Below, one piece after another: positions 48,499 to 58,096 of a stretch of 64,000 nt of DNA. Each line of letters begins with the position of its first letter. Within the stretch, counting starts at the first letter, position 1. Position numbers and translations under genes: made by a program. Origin of the DNA: Chryseobacterium gleum (lineage in GTDB: Bacteria > Bacteroidota > Bacteroidia > Flavobacteriales > Flavobacteriaceae); NCBI GenBank assembly GCA_945897915.1, contig CAMDGB010000009.1, positions 41 to 64,040 of the forward strand, read 5' to 3'. Under the pieces are notes generated by a model, which saw only the letters and a program-made list of their open reading frames with translations, was not told where the DNA came from and ran no database searches.

Positions 48499-50631
48499 AT
48501 GACCACAATCCAATTCATACAAAATCAAACCAATATTGCTGTAAAAAGCATTGAAGTTACCATACAATTACTTTCGGAAGATTGTACAATTCCGTTTATT
48601 TCTCGTTACCGAAAAGACCAGACAGGAAATTTAGATGAGGTGCAAATTGAAACCATTTCAAAATTAAACAAGCAGTTTATAGAAATTGTCAAAAGAAAAG
48701 AAAGTGTTTTAAAATCTATTGAAGAACAAAACGCACTTTCGCCAGAATTGAAATCTAAAATTAATGCTAGTTTTGATTTACAAGAAATAGAAGATTGGTA
48801 TTTACCCTACAAAAAGAAGAAAAAATCCAAAGCCGACACCGCTCGTGAAAACGGATTGGAACCTTTGGCTAAAATAATAATGTCTCAAAAAAATGATGAT
48901 ATTGAGTTTTTGGCCTCAAAATACTTAAACGAAAAAGTCACTAACGAAGACGAAGCTCTTCAAGGCGCTCGCGATATTATTGCCGAATGGATAAACGAAA
49001 ATATTTTCATTCGCAAATCTTTACGAAGAACCTTTCAGCGTAAAGCTGAAATTACTACTAAAGTTATCAAAACCAAAAAAGATGAAGAAGCCGCTCAAAA
49101 ATTTTCCCAATATTTTGATTGGTCAGAAAATGCTGTGAAAACGCCATCACACAGATTATTAGCGATGTTGCGTGCTGAAGCCGAAGGTTTTATCAAATTG
49201 AAGCTAGGATTAAATGAGGAAGACAAAAGCGAAGTTATTCGTTTTATAGAGGACAACTTAATCAAAACCAATAACGAAAGCGGCGAACAAATTGAAAAAG
49301 CGATAAAAGACAGTTATAAAAGATTGTTAGAACCTGCCATTTCAAACGAAACCTTACAAGAAGCCAAAACCAAAGCCGATATAAAAGCTATTGATGTTTT
49401 TGCAGAAAATTTACGACAGTTGTTATTGGCGCCACCATTAGGTGAAAAACGTATTTTGGCAATCGATCCAGGTTATAAAAGTGGTTGCAAATTGGTTTGT
49501 TTGGATGAAAAAGGCGATTTACTAAACAACGAAACCGTTTATCCGCACGCACCACAAAACGATAGCGCTATGGCGATGAAAAAAATCCGTTCTATGGTTA
49601 ATGCTTACAATATTGAAGCGATTTCTATTGGTAACGGAACGGCATCTCGCGAAACGGAGTTTTTCATTAAAAAAATTGCTTTTGATAAACCCGTTCAGGT
49701 TTTTGTGGTTTCAGAAGCAGGTGCATCGGTGTACTCGGCTAGTAAAATTGCGCGTGATGAATTTCCAAATTTCGATGTAACGGTGCGAGGTTCGGTTTCT
49801 ATTGGAAGACGCTTGTCTGATCCGTTGGCGGAATTGGTAAAAATCGATCCAAAATCCATTGGAGTTGGACAATACCAACACGATGTGGATCAAAATAAAT
49901 TAAAAGAACAATTAGATACTGTGGTAATGAGTTGTGTAAACGCGGTTGGCATTAACGTCAATACTGCTAGTAAATCGTTGTTGAGTTATGTTTCTGGAAT
50001 TGGTGAAAAAATGGCAGAAAACATAATAGCGTATCGTTCAGAAAACGGCCCTTTTGAAGACAGAAAACAACTAAAAAAAGTGCCGCGTTTGGGTGAAAAA
50101 GCGTACCAACAAGCCGCAGCATTTATTCGTATTAAAGACGGAAAAAACCCGTTAGATAATTCGGCTGTGCACCCAGAAGCCTATGCAGTTGTTGAAAAAA
50201 TGGCTAAAGATTTAGGTATAAAAACAAATGAATTAGTAGCGAATAAAGAAAAAATATCACAAATTTCTCCTGAAAAATACATTACTTCAGAAATTGGAAT
50301 TTTAACACTTAAAGATGTTTTAAAAGAATTAGAAAAACCAGGTTTAGACCCAAGAAAATCCGCTAAAGTTTTTGAATTTGACCCGAATGTTCGCACGATA
50401 AAAGATTTAAAAACCGGCATGATTTTACCAGGAATAGTAAATAACATTACCGCTTTTGGCTGTTTTGTGGATATCGGAACTAAAGAAAGCGGTTTGGTTC
50501 ATATTTCGCAATTAAAAGCAGGTTTTGTTTCCGATGTCAACGAAGTGGTAAAACTACACCAACACGTGCAAGTCAAAGTTGTTGAGGTAGATGAAGCCAG
50601 AAAAAGAATACAATTGACGATGGTATTGTAA
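48499..50631 (+). CDS. tex: Tex family RNA-binding protein
   Basis: TIPFISRYRK, YqgF-like AIDPG, SEAGASVYSAS, IGVGQYQHD, HhH and C-terminal S1. Confidence 0.95.
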   Translation: MTTIQFIQNQTNIAVKSIEVTIQLLSEDCTIPFISRYRKDQTGNLDEVQIETISKLNKQFIEIVKRKESVLKSIEEQNALSPELKSKINASFDLQEIEDWYLPYKKKKKSKADTARENGLEPLAKIIMSQKNDDIEFLASKYLNEKVTNEDEALQGARDIIAEWINENIFIRKSLRRTFQRKAEITTKVIKTKKDEEAAQKFSQYFDWSENAVKTPSHRLLAMLRAEAEGFIKLKLGLNEEDKSEVIRFIEDNLIKTNNESGEQIEKAIKDSYKRLLEPAISNETLQEAKTKADIKAIDVFAENLRQLLLAPPLGEKRILAIDPGYKSGCKLVCLDEKGDLLNNETVYPHAPQNDSAMAMKKIRSMVNAYNIEAISIGNGTASRETEFFIKKIAFDKPVQVFVVSEAGASVYSASKIARDEFPNFDVTVRGSVSIGRRLSDPLAELVKIDPKSIGVGQYQHDVDQNKLKEQLDTVVMSCVNAVGINVNTASKSLLSYVSGIGEKMAENIIAYRSENGPFEDRKQLKKVPRLGEKAYQQAAAFIRIKDGKNPLDNSAVHPEAYAVVEKMAKDLGIKTNELVANKEKISQISPEKYITSEIGILTLKDVLKELEKPGLDPRKSAKVFEFDPNVRTIKDLKTGMILPGIVNNITAFGCFVDIGTKESGLVHISQLKAGFVSDVNEVVKLHQHVQVKVVEVDEARKRIQLTMVL

Positions 50632-50671
50632 TTTGTTCTATATTTGAAAAAAAACTAAAAAAAATAAAAAT

Positions 50672-51016
50672 ATGGCAGTTTCTGAATTAATATTAATTTT
50701 AATAATAATAGTTCCAATAATAATAAGCTTTTGGAAACTTTTTGAAAAAGCAGGTAAACCAGGATGGGCAATTTTATTGCCTTTTTACAATATTATTGTT
50801 CAATTAGAAATAATAAGAAAACCGTGGTGGTGGGTATTATTAATATGTATTCCGTTTATAGGTTTTATTTGGCATATTTGGACATTAAATTTATTTGTAA
50901 AAAGCTACGGTAAAAAAGAAGGATTTACATTAGGGTGTCTTTTTCTTCCGTTTATCTTTTTACCTATTTTAGCTTTTGATAAATCATCAAAATATATTTA
51001 TGATTTGAATTCCTAA
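50672..51016 (+). CDS. DUF5684-like small membrane protein
   Basis: WKLFEKAGKPGWA..LPFYN pattern, four hydrophobic segments. Confidence 0.75.
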   Translation: MAVSELILILIIIVPIIISFWKLFEKAGKPGWAILLPFYNIIVQLEIIRKPWWWVLLICIPFIGFIWHIWTLNLFVKSYGKKEGFTLGCLFLPFIFLPILAFDKSSKYIYDLNS

Positions 51017-51067
51017 ATAGATGAAAATTAAATAAAAAATCTAAAAAAAAATTTCTAAATTTAAAAT

Positions 51068-51099
51068 AAAAATGTCCCGAAAGATATCGGGACATTTTT
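51068..51099. terminator. Bidirectional terminator with TCCCGA/TCGGGA core
   Basis: AAAAATGTCCCGA-AAGATA-TCGGGACATTTTT between convergent genes. Confidence 0.85.
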
Positions 51100-51289
51100 A
51101 TTTTTTATCATTTTCTAAATCATCTTCTTTTTTAGTTGCTGCAGCTTCATCCTCTCCTTTAGCTGCTTTTTTAAATTCTTTTATGCCGCTTCCTAAACCT
51201 TTCATTAACTCTGGAATTTTTTTTCCTCCAAACATTAACAAAATAAAGGAAACAATCAATATCATTTCGAACGGTCCTATTCTTCCCAT
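51098..51289 (-). CDS. tatA: Twin-arginine translocase subunit TatA/E
   Basis: TM helix, [23 protein letters not shown]. Confidence 0.95.
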   Translation of the reverse strand: MGRIGPFEMILIVSFILLMFGGKKIPELMKGLGSGIKEFKKAAKGEDEAAATKKEDDLENDKK

Positions 51290-51374
51290 AACAATTAATT
51301 ATTAATTTATACTACAAAGGTACATAAAAAATCAAAACACAAATAAAATTATTCTTTTTTATTGATATAACTTG

Positions 51375-51420
51375 TCCCGAATCTCGGGATTTACTAATTG
51401 GCACATTGACTAATTGTATT
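51375..51420. repeat. TCCCGA-ATC-TCGGGA palindrome followed by ATTG octamer array
   Basis: Palindrome 51375-51389; ATTGGCAC ATTGACTA ATTGTATT 51397-51420. Confidence 0.65.
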
Positions 51421-51443
51421 ATATTTGTATAAAATCAGGCGAT

Positions 51444-51923
51444 ATGTCTCAAAAAAGGTTAAAATTTCAGGCGCTAAAGCAAAAATTAGTAAGCAAAAGA
51501 CGTTTCATTATTTATAATGAAGACACTTTAGAAGAATCATTTTCATTAAAACTGACCTTAATGAATGTATTTGTTGCGTCTTCTTTAAGTGCAATTTTAA
51601 TTGTTTTTGTCACCACATTTATTATTGCTTTTACACCTTTACGTGAATATATTCCAGGTTATGCCTCTACACAATTAAAAAAACAAGCTGCGGCTTTGAC
51701 CATAAAATCAGATTCGTTATTGAAGGTCACAAAAGCGAATAACGCCTATATTCAATCTGTTAAATCTGTTTTAAATGGCGATTTAGAATATGCCAAATTA
51801 AACAAAGATTCCATTAAAGTGGCAGCAAACGCTACAGAAAAAGTTGATGTAAAAGTTTCAGAAAAAGAGTTGCGACTTAGAAATGAAGTACAAAAACTCA
51901 CTCAAAAAAAAGCTAAAAAATAA
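51444..51923 (+). CDS. Membrane protein resembling the N-terminal part of Bacteroidota M23 peptidases; no catalytic domain
   Basis: NEDTLEE..SLKLTLMNV, TM, AFTPLREYIPGY, coiled coil; no HxGxD or HxH motifs. ATG 51444 follows a TATATTTG box at 51420-51427. Confidence 0.6.
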   Translation: MSQKRLKFQALKQKLVSKRRFIIYNEDTLEESFSLKLTLMNVFVASSLSAILIVFVTTFIIAFTPLREYIPGYASTQLKKQAAALTIKSDSLLKVTKANNAYIQSVKSVLNGDLEYAKLNKDSIKVAANATEKVDVKVSEKELRLRNEVQKLTQKKAKK

Positions 51924-51934
51924 ATCCGACTATT

Positions 51935-53419
51935 ATGTCAATAAAAGCATTTGCAGCTAAAATACTTGCCAAATACTCGCACTTACAAACTCAAAAATGG
52001 GCAAATTCTCCTGTTGCTACTCAAGAAAAAGTTTTTCAATCTTTATTAAGTAAAGCGAAAAACACGCAATTTGGAAAAGATCATGATTTTTCAAATATCA
52101 AATCATTTAAAGATTTTGCCAAACAAGTTCCAGTTCGAGATTACGAACAATTGAAGTCGTACATTGATAAAGTTGTAGCTGGCGAATCGGATATTTTATG
52201 GATTGGAAAACCATTGTATTTTGCCAAAACATCTGGAACTACATCGGGCGCTAAATATATTCCGCTCACAGCAGCATCAATGCCGTTTCATATTCAAGCT
52301 GCAAAAAATGCTATTTTAAGTTACATTCACGAAACAGGAAACGCTGATTTTGTTGACGGAAAAATGATTTTTTTACAAGGAAGTCCAGAAATGGAAGAAA
52401 AAAGCGGAATCAAATTAGGCAGACTTTCTGGAATTGTAGCGCATTATGTGCCCAAATATTTACAAAAAAACCGATTACCAAGTTGGAAAACCAATTGCAT
52501 TGAAGATTGGGAAACCAAAGTCGATGCCATTGTAGAAGAAACCATTCATCAAAATATGACGGTGATTTCAGGCATTCCAAGTTGGGTGCAAATGTATTTC
52601 GAAAAATTAAAAACAAAATCTAATTTGCCTGTTGGCGATTTATTTAAAGATTTCAATTTATTTATTTATGGCGGGGTGAATTATGAACCTTATCGAGCTA
52701 AATTTGAACAATTAATTGGCAGAAAAGTAGATTCGATTGAATTATTTCCTGCTTCCGAAGGGTTTTTTGCCTATCAAGATTCGCAAACCGAAAAAGGAAT
52801 GTTATTACTTCTGAATTCTGGTATTTTTTATGAATTTATTAAAGCAGATGATTTTTTCACCGAAAAACCTAAACGACTGACAATTAGCGAAGTAGAAATT
52901 AACGTAAGTTATGTTTTAATTATTTCTACCAACGCCGGACTTTGGGCATACAATATTGGCGACACAATTGCGTTTACTTCTACAAAACCGTACAGAATTA
53001 TTGTTACAGGAAGAATCAAACACTACATCTCCGCTTTTGGCGAACATGTGATTGGAAAAGAAGCGGAAAACGCCCTTCAAATTGCTATTTTAGGAACAAA
53101 TATAAGTGTAAATGAGTTTACTGTCGCCCCACAAATTAATCCAAAAAGCGGTTTGCCTTATCACGAATGGTTTATAGAATTTGATTCGGAGCCAGAAGAT
53201 TTAGAAGCTTTTGCATTAAAAATTGATACAACAATGCGCCAACAAAATGTGTATTACGACGATTTGATAAAAGGCAACGTGTTGCAAACTATTCTAATTA
53301 CGAAAGTGGCAAAAAATGGTTTTCAAGAGTATATGAAATCTATCGGAAAATTAGGCGGACAAAACAAATTACCCAGATTAAGTAACGATAGAAAAATTGC
53401 TGATTTTTTAACGATGTAA
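51935..53419 (+). CDS. GH3 auxin-responsive-promoter family acyl-acid amido synthetase-like protein
   Basis: TSGTTSGAKYIP (ANL P-loop), PVRDYEQL, ASEGFF, YNIGDT, QNKLPRL. Confidence 0.9.
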   Translation: MSIKAFAAKILAKYSHLQTQKWANSPVATQEKVFQSLLSKAKNTQFGKDHDFSNIKSFKDFAKQVPVRDYEQLKSYIDKVVAGESDILWIGKPLYFAKTSGTTSGAKYIPLTAASMPFHIQAAKNAILSYIHETGNADFVDGKMIFLQGSPEMEEKSGIKLGRLSGIVAHYVPKYLQKNRLPSWKTNCIEDWETKVDAIVEETIHQNMTVISGIPSWVQMYFEKLKTKSNLPVGDLFKDFNLFIYGGVNYEPYRAKFEQLIGRKVDSIELFPASEGFFAYQDSQTEKGMLLLLNSGIFYEFIKADDFFTEKPKRLTISEVEINVSYVLIISTNAGLWAYNIGDTIAFTSTKPYRIIVTGRIKHYISAFGEHVIGKEAENALQIAILGTNISVNEFTVAPQINPKSGLPYHEWFIEFDSEPEDLEAFALKIDTTMRQQNVYYDDLIKGNVLQTILITKVAKNGFQEYMKSIGKLGGQNKLPRLSNDRKIADFLTM

Positions 53420-53513
53420 ATGAAGAATTTATTAACTTTCTATACACAAAAAGCGAACGAAAACGGACTAAAGAATAAATTTATTACCTTTGTAGGTGAT
53501 ATAATAAAAATTA

Positions 53514-55199
53514 ATGAGAGACATTAAAAACATTTCGCGTTCTCGGGCGCAAGAATCGTCGGCAGCTATCGAACGATTGTACATTACTATGCGACACCTA
53601 TTTAACAGAGGTTTTTACAAACCAATGGGTGTTTCAGGCGAAACCTTACGTGAAGCTTTATTATCTTTACGACCAGAAATTTATGGTTCTATCGCAGAAG
53701 AAAAAGTAGAGTTAAACGGATTATTATACGTCATTGAGCGTTTACCAGTAGGAATCGAGCAGTGTCGTTATATTAATTTAACTTCGGATGAAGGGTATGC
53801 GAATTCGCACTTTAAAGCCATTGTTCCGCCAAAAAGAAGAAGAAATTGTTATCGTATAGATGACGAGCAAATGAATATTGAAATTACCCGTGGCCGTTCA
53901 GATATTTACGATATTTTAACGCATTTAACGTTTATTTTCATAGAATCGCACAAAATTAAAGACCGTGTTTTAATTGACGATGAAGGTTTGGTGTCTCGCG
54001 ATTGGGAAAAACTTGCACAATTTGCACTTCAAACTAAAAAATTATCACCAGTAGATAGAGAAATTGCGATGTCTCATGCAGCTAATGTATTGGGAAGAAC
54101 CTTTTCAGAAGTTCAAGACATTTATGAAAGCTTTGCTACAACAGAAGCACCAGAACGTTTTTTACAAATTGTATATTGGTTAGGAAAAATTGCAATTGAA
54201 GAAATTGTAGATAATAACAAACGCACCATTACTTTTAGTCCGATTTTAAGAGAACGATTAGGCCATCATATTTATGGTGAAATTTGGGCCAACAACATCA
54301 AAGAAACGCTTAGCAAAAACAATTTATTAGAAAGACCCATTCATGTGATTAGTGCAAATATGCATAGTGTGATGAATTCGATTTTTGCACCTGCAGTTTT
54401 AGCGACAAAATACAAAGAGAAAGAAGCATTTCAAATTTATGAAGATTTAAGTTCGTCGGCACATAAAGACTTACGAAAAAAAGTAGAGGATGTGGCTTTA
54501 CAAAACGGCATGATTTCATTGCCAGACACTTCAGGAACCAATATTGACGTACAAATTTTTGATACTGCAAAATTCGATTGGAAAAAAACAGCCTTTCCTT
54601 CGGTTACTACAAAAGACAAACCGGTTCTTATTGTTATGGATTATGCTTTTGGCGAACAAGCTTACGAAACTATTGATGAACTTTTAAAACCTTATAAAGT
54701 AGATAAAACCAAAATATTATTAAATGTTGAATCGGTTTCTATAATGGGTAAAGCCGGAATTTTAGAAGGCGGCAAAGGCGACATTATGATTCCTAACGCA
54801 CACGTAAATGAAGGCACAGCAGATAATTATCATTTCCAAAACGAACTTACAAAAGAAATGTTCGAAGGAAATGGAATACCCGTTTTTTCAGGCCCAATGA
54901 TTACAGTTTTAGGAACGTCTTTACAAAATAGAGATTTACTTAAATTTTTCCACGAATCCACCTGGGAAGCCATTGGTTTAGAAATGGAAGGATCGTATTA
55001 TCAAAAAGCCATTCAATCCGCTTCAAGAATTAGAAAAAGTATAAACACAAATGTAAAAGTAAGATATGCCTATTATGCCTCAGACAACCCTTTAGAAACA
55101 GGAAGCACATTAGCTTCTGGAGGTTTAGGAACCACTGGTGTAAAACCAACGTATTTAATTACTATTAAAATATTAGAACAAATTTTTAACGTAAACTAA
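53514..55199 (+). CDS. Uncharacterised protein (DUF6909-like) with C-terminal nucleoside phosphorylase/AMP nucleosidase-like fold
   Basis: IMGKAGILEGGKGDIMIP, AIGLEMEG, YASDNPL resemble PNP/Amn motifs; own TACCTTTG box at 53485-53492. Confidence 0.6.
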   Translation: MRDIKNISRSRAQESSAAIERLYITMRHLFNRGFYKPMGVSGETLREALLSLRPEIYGSIAEEKVELNGLLYVIERLPVGIEQCRYINLTSDEGYANSHFKAIVPPKRRRNCYRIDDEQMNIEITRGRSDIYDILTHLTFIFIESHKIKDRVLIDDEGLVSRDWEKLAQFALQTKKLSPVDREIAMSHAANVLGRTFSEVQDIYESFATTEAPERFLQIVYWLGKIAIEEIVDNNKRTITFSPILRERLGHHIYGEIWANNIKETLSKNNLLERPIHVISANMHSVMNSIFAPAVLATKYKEKEAFQIYEDLSSSAHKDLRKKVEDVALQNGMISLPDTSGTNIDVQIFDTAKFDWKKTAFPSVTTKDKPVLIVMDYAFGEQAYETIDELLKPYKVDKTKILLNVESVSIMGKAGILEGGKGDIMIPNAHVNEGTADNYHFQNELTKEMFEGNGIPVFSGPMITVLGTSLQNRDLLKFFHESTWEAIGLEMEGSYYQKAIQSASRIRKSINTNVKVRYAYYASDNPLETGSTLASGGLGTTGVKPTYLITIKILEQIFNVN

Positions 55200-55203
55200 G
55201 AAC

Positions 55204-56160
55204 ATGAGCACAAATTCTCAAGAGCAGGAAATTGATTTAAGCCAAATCGGTAAAAGTATTTCAAAAGGGTTTAAAAAAGGAATAAATAAGTGTTTCGATT
55301 TGTTGTTTTTTATACAAAAGAAACTAGTAATTGTGTTTGTTTTATTGGTTTTTGGAGGCGGTTTAGGTTTTTATGTAGACAAAGAACCAAATTACACTAA
55401 TGACATTACTGTTTTTCCAAATTTTGGGAGTAACGAGTATTTGTACGATAAAATAAATTTAATTTCTTTAAAATTAAAAGAAAAAGACGAAGCGTTTTTT
55501 ACTAAAATAGGAATTAAAAACATTAAAGATTTTATTTCTATTGAAATTCAACCCGTAAACGGAATTTATAATTTTATAAATTCGGAAAGTCAAAAAAACA
55601 ATTTTGAACTGGTTAAATTAATGGCTGAGGATGGTGATTTAGAAAAAATAATTCAGGATCAAACTACCAGTAAAAACTACTATTTACACGGCATAAATAT
55701 TAAAACAGCCATAGCTTATCAACAAAAAGACTTAATAGACCCTATATTAAACTATTTACAGCAGTCGGAATATTTTATTAAACTTCAGAAAATTCAACAA
55801 AATAATTTAGAAGAAAAATTAGTAGCTAATAAGTTATTAATTACTCAGATTGATCAAATTGTTTCAAGTTTAAGTCAAAATAAAATAGGAAGCAGTGTTT
55901 CAATATCAGAAAACACAGGTATAAATGATCTTATTCAAAAAAAGGACAATTTAATTTTTGAAAACCAAAAATTAGCCACCAACCGATTAGAGTTTGAAAA
56001 AATAATTAAAGACCAAGATATAGTATCAAACCAAATGAATACAAGCGGAGCAAACAACAAAGTGAAATTTATTTTACCGTTATTATTTGTTTTATTTTAT
56101 TTATTATGGTATTGGTTTTCAAAAGTATATAAACAACAAAAACAACGCATTCAAGCATAA
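55204..56160 (+). CDS. Wzz-like chain-length determinant
   Basis: EIDL N-terminal motif, one TM near each terminus, coiled-coil periplasmic region; stop overlaps rfbB start. Confidence 0.55.
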   Translation: MSTNSQEQEIDLSQIGKSISKGFKKGINKCFDLLFFIQKKLVIVFVLLVFGGGLGFYVDKEPNYTNDITVFPNFGSNEYLYDKINLISLKLKEKDEAFFTKIGIKNIKDFISIEIQPVNGIYNFINSESQKNNFELVKLMAEDGDLEKIIQDQTTSKNYYLHGINIKTAIAYQQKDLIDPILNYLQQSEYFIKLQKIQQNNLEEKLVANKLLITQIDQIVSSLSQNKIGSSVSISENTGINDLIQKKDNLIFENQKLATNRLEFEKIIKDQDIVSNQMNTSGANNKVKFILPLLFVLFYLLWYWFSKVYKQQKQRIQA

Positions 56161-57167
56161 TGAAAAATATTTTAGTTACTGGCGGAGCCGGGTTTATTGG
56201 CGCGAACTTTGTTCCTTATTTTATAGTAAATAATCCTGATTATCATTTAATAAATTTAGACGCATTAACTTATGCAGGAAATTTAGAAAACATATCAGAA
56301 GTGGAAAATCATGAACGTTATACCTTTGTAAAAGGTGATATTGTAGATGGAGAATTCATAAAAAACCTATTCGAAAAATATCAATTTCATGATGTAATTC
56401 ATTTTGCCGCAGAAAGTCATGTTGATAATTCTATTTCTGGTCCAGAAGCGTTTATTAAAACCAATGTTTTAGGAACTTTTAATTTATTAGATACCGCCAG
56501 AAAACTTTGGATGACAGCACCTAATCAATACAAACCAGAATTTATAAATGCCCGTTTTCATCATGTTTCTACTGATGAGGTTTATGGAACATTAGGCGAA
56601 ACAGGTTTATTTGAAGAAACTACGCCTTATGCGCCAAACAGCCCATATTCAGCATCAAAAGCAGGTTCAGACATGATTGTTCGAAGCTATTTTCATACCT
56701 ACGGCATGAATGTGGTTACCTCAAATTGTTCCAATAATTACGGTCCAAAACAACATAACGAAAAGTTAATCCCTACTATAATTCGTAAAGCATTAACTGG
56801 AGAAAACATTCCAATTTATGGTGACGGAAAGAATGTACGTGATTGGTTATATGTTTTAGACCATTGTAAAGGAATTGAATTGGCTTTTAAAACCGGTAAA
56901 TCTGGTGAAACATACAATATTGGAGGAAGAAACGAACGTAATAATTTACAAATTGTAGATACCGTTTGTATCATCTTAAACCAATTAAAACCAAAAGCAA
57001 CAGGTAAGTACCAAGACCAAATTACCTTTGTAAAAGACCGCCCTGGTCACGATTTAAGATATGCTATTGACGCTACTAAAATCGAAATAGAACTAGGTTG
57101 GAAAGCAGATGAAAATTTCGAAACAGGAATTAAAAAAACAATTGAATGGTATATTAATAAGTTTTAA
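56160..57167 (+). CDS. rfbB: dTDP-glucose 4,6-dehydratase
   Basis: TGGAGFIG, HFAAESHVDNS, VSTDEVYG, YSASK, DRPGHDLRY. Confidence 0.97.
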   Translation: MKNILVTGGAGFIGANFVPYFIVNNPDYHLINLDALTYAGNLENISEVENHERYTFVKGDIVDGEFIKNLFEKYQFHDVIHFAAESHVDNSISGPEAFIKTNVLGTFNLLDTARKLWMTAPNQYKPEFINARFHHVSTDEVYGTLGETGLFEETTPYAPNSPYSASKAGSDMIVRSYFHTYGMNVVTSNCSNNYGPKQHNEKLIPTIIRKALTGENIPIYGDGKNVRDWLYVLDHCKGIELAFKTGKSGETYNIGGRNERNNLQIVDTVCIILNQLKPKATGKYQDQITFVKDRPGHDLRYAIDATKIEIELGWKADENFETGIKKTIEWYINKF

Positions 57168-57173
57168 GCTAGG

Positions 57174-57226
57174 AGTTAATAGTTGATAGTTCAACTTTTC
57201 ACTTTTCACTTTTCACTTTTCACTTT
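57174..57226. repeat. Head-to-head heptamer arrays (AGTTRAT)x2-AGTT / (ACTTTTC)x4-ACTTT
   Basis: Read directly between the rfbB stop and rfbA start. Confidence 0.9.
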
Positions 57227-57233
57227 AAAATTT

Positions 57234-58091
57234 ATGAAAGGAATTATACTAGCCGGTGGCTCAGGAACACGTTTACATCCTTTAACTTTAGCGGTAAGTA
57301 AACAATTAATGCCAATTTACGACAAACCCATGATTTATTATCCATTATCAACTTTGATGTGGGCAGGAATCAACGAAATATTAATTATTTCTACACCGCA
57401 CGATTTGCCTTTATTCCAACATTTATTAGGCGACGGAAGTAGTTTAGGATGTAAATTTGAATACGCAGTACAAGAGCATCCGAACGGATTGGCCGAAGCA
57501 TTTATTATTGGAAAAGAATTTGTAGGTAACGACAAAGTTGCTTTAGTTTTAGGCGACAATATTTTTTACGGAACAGGATTGGCCGAATTATTACAAGCAA
57601 ACAATAATCCAGACGGTGGAATTGTTTACGCTTATCATGTACACGATCCTGAACGTTACGGCGTAGTAGAATTTGACACAACCGGAAAAGTGCTTTCAAT
57701 TGAAGAAAAGCCAACAAGGGCAAAATCAAATTATGCAGTTCCGGGGATTTATTTCTACGATAATTCTGTAATAGAAATTGCGGCAAATATACAACCAAGT
57801 CACCGCGGCGAATTAGAGATTACCGATATCAACAAAGCTTATCTAGAACAAGGAAAATTAAAAGTAAGTATTTTAGACAGAGGAACTGCGTGGTTAGACA
57901 CCGGAACATTTCAATCGTTAATGCAAGCCGGACAGTTTGTTCAGGTAATTGAAGAACGCCAAGGATTAAAAATCGGAGCCATTGAAGAAGCGGCATACAA
58001 AATGGGTTTCATCAATGCAGACCAGTTGAAAAAACTAGCCGAACCTTTATTGAAAAGCGGTTACGGAACACATTTAATAAGTATTATTTAA
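57234..58091 (+). CDS. rfbA: Glucose-1-phosphate thymidylyltransferase
   Basis: [44 protein letters not shown]. The track's 17-codon extension is the repeat array. Confidence 0.97.
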   Translation: MKGIILAGGSGTRLHPLTLAVSKQLMPIYDKPMIYYPLSTLMWAGINEILIISTPHDLPLFQHLLGDGSSLGCKFEYAVQEHPNGLAEAFIIGKEFVGNDKVALVLGDNIFYGTGLAELLQANNNPDGGIVYAYHVHDPERYGVVEFDTTGKVLSIEEKPTRAKSNYAVPGIYFYDNSVIEIAANIQPSHRGELEITDINKAYLEQGKLKVSILDRGTAWLDTGTFQSLMQAGQFVQVIEERQGLKIGAIEEAAYKMGFINADQLKKLAEPLLKSGYGTHLISII

Positions 58092-58096
58092 AATTA

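Noticed and set aside
51072-51305. 77-aa plus-strand ORF antisense to tatA
   Set aside because: It starts inside the terminator hairpin and mirrors tatA; tatA has clear family motifs.
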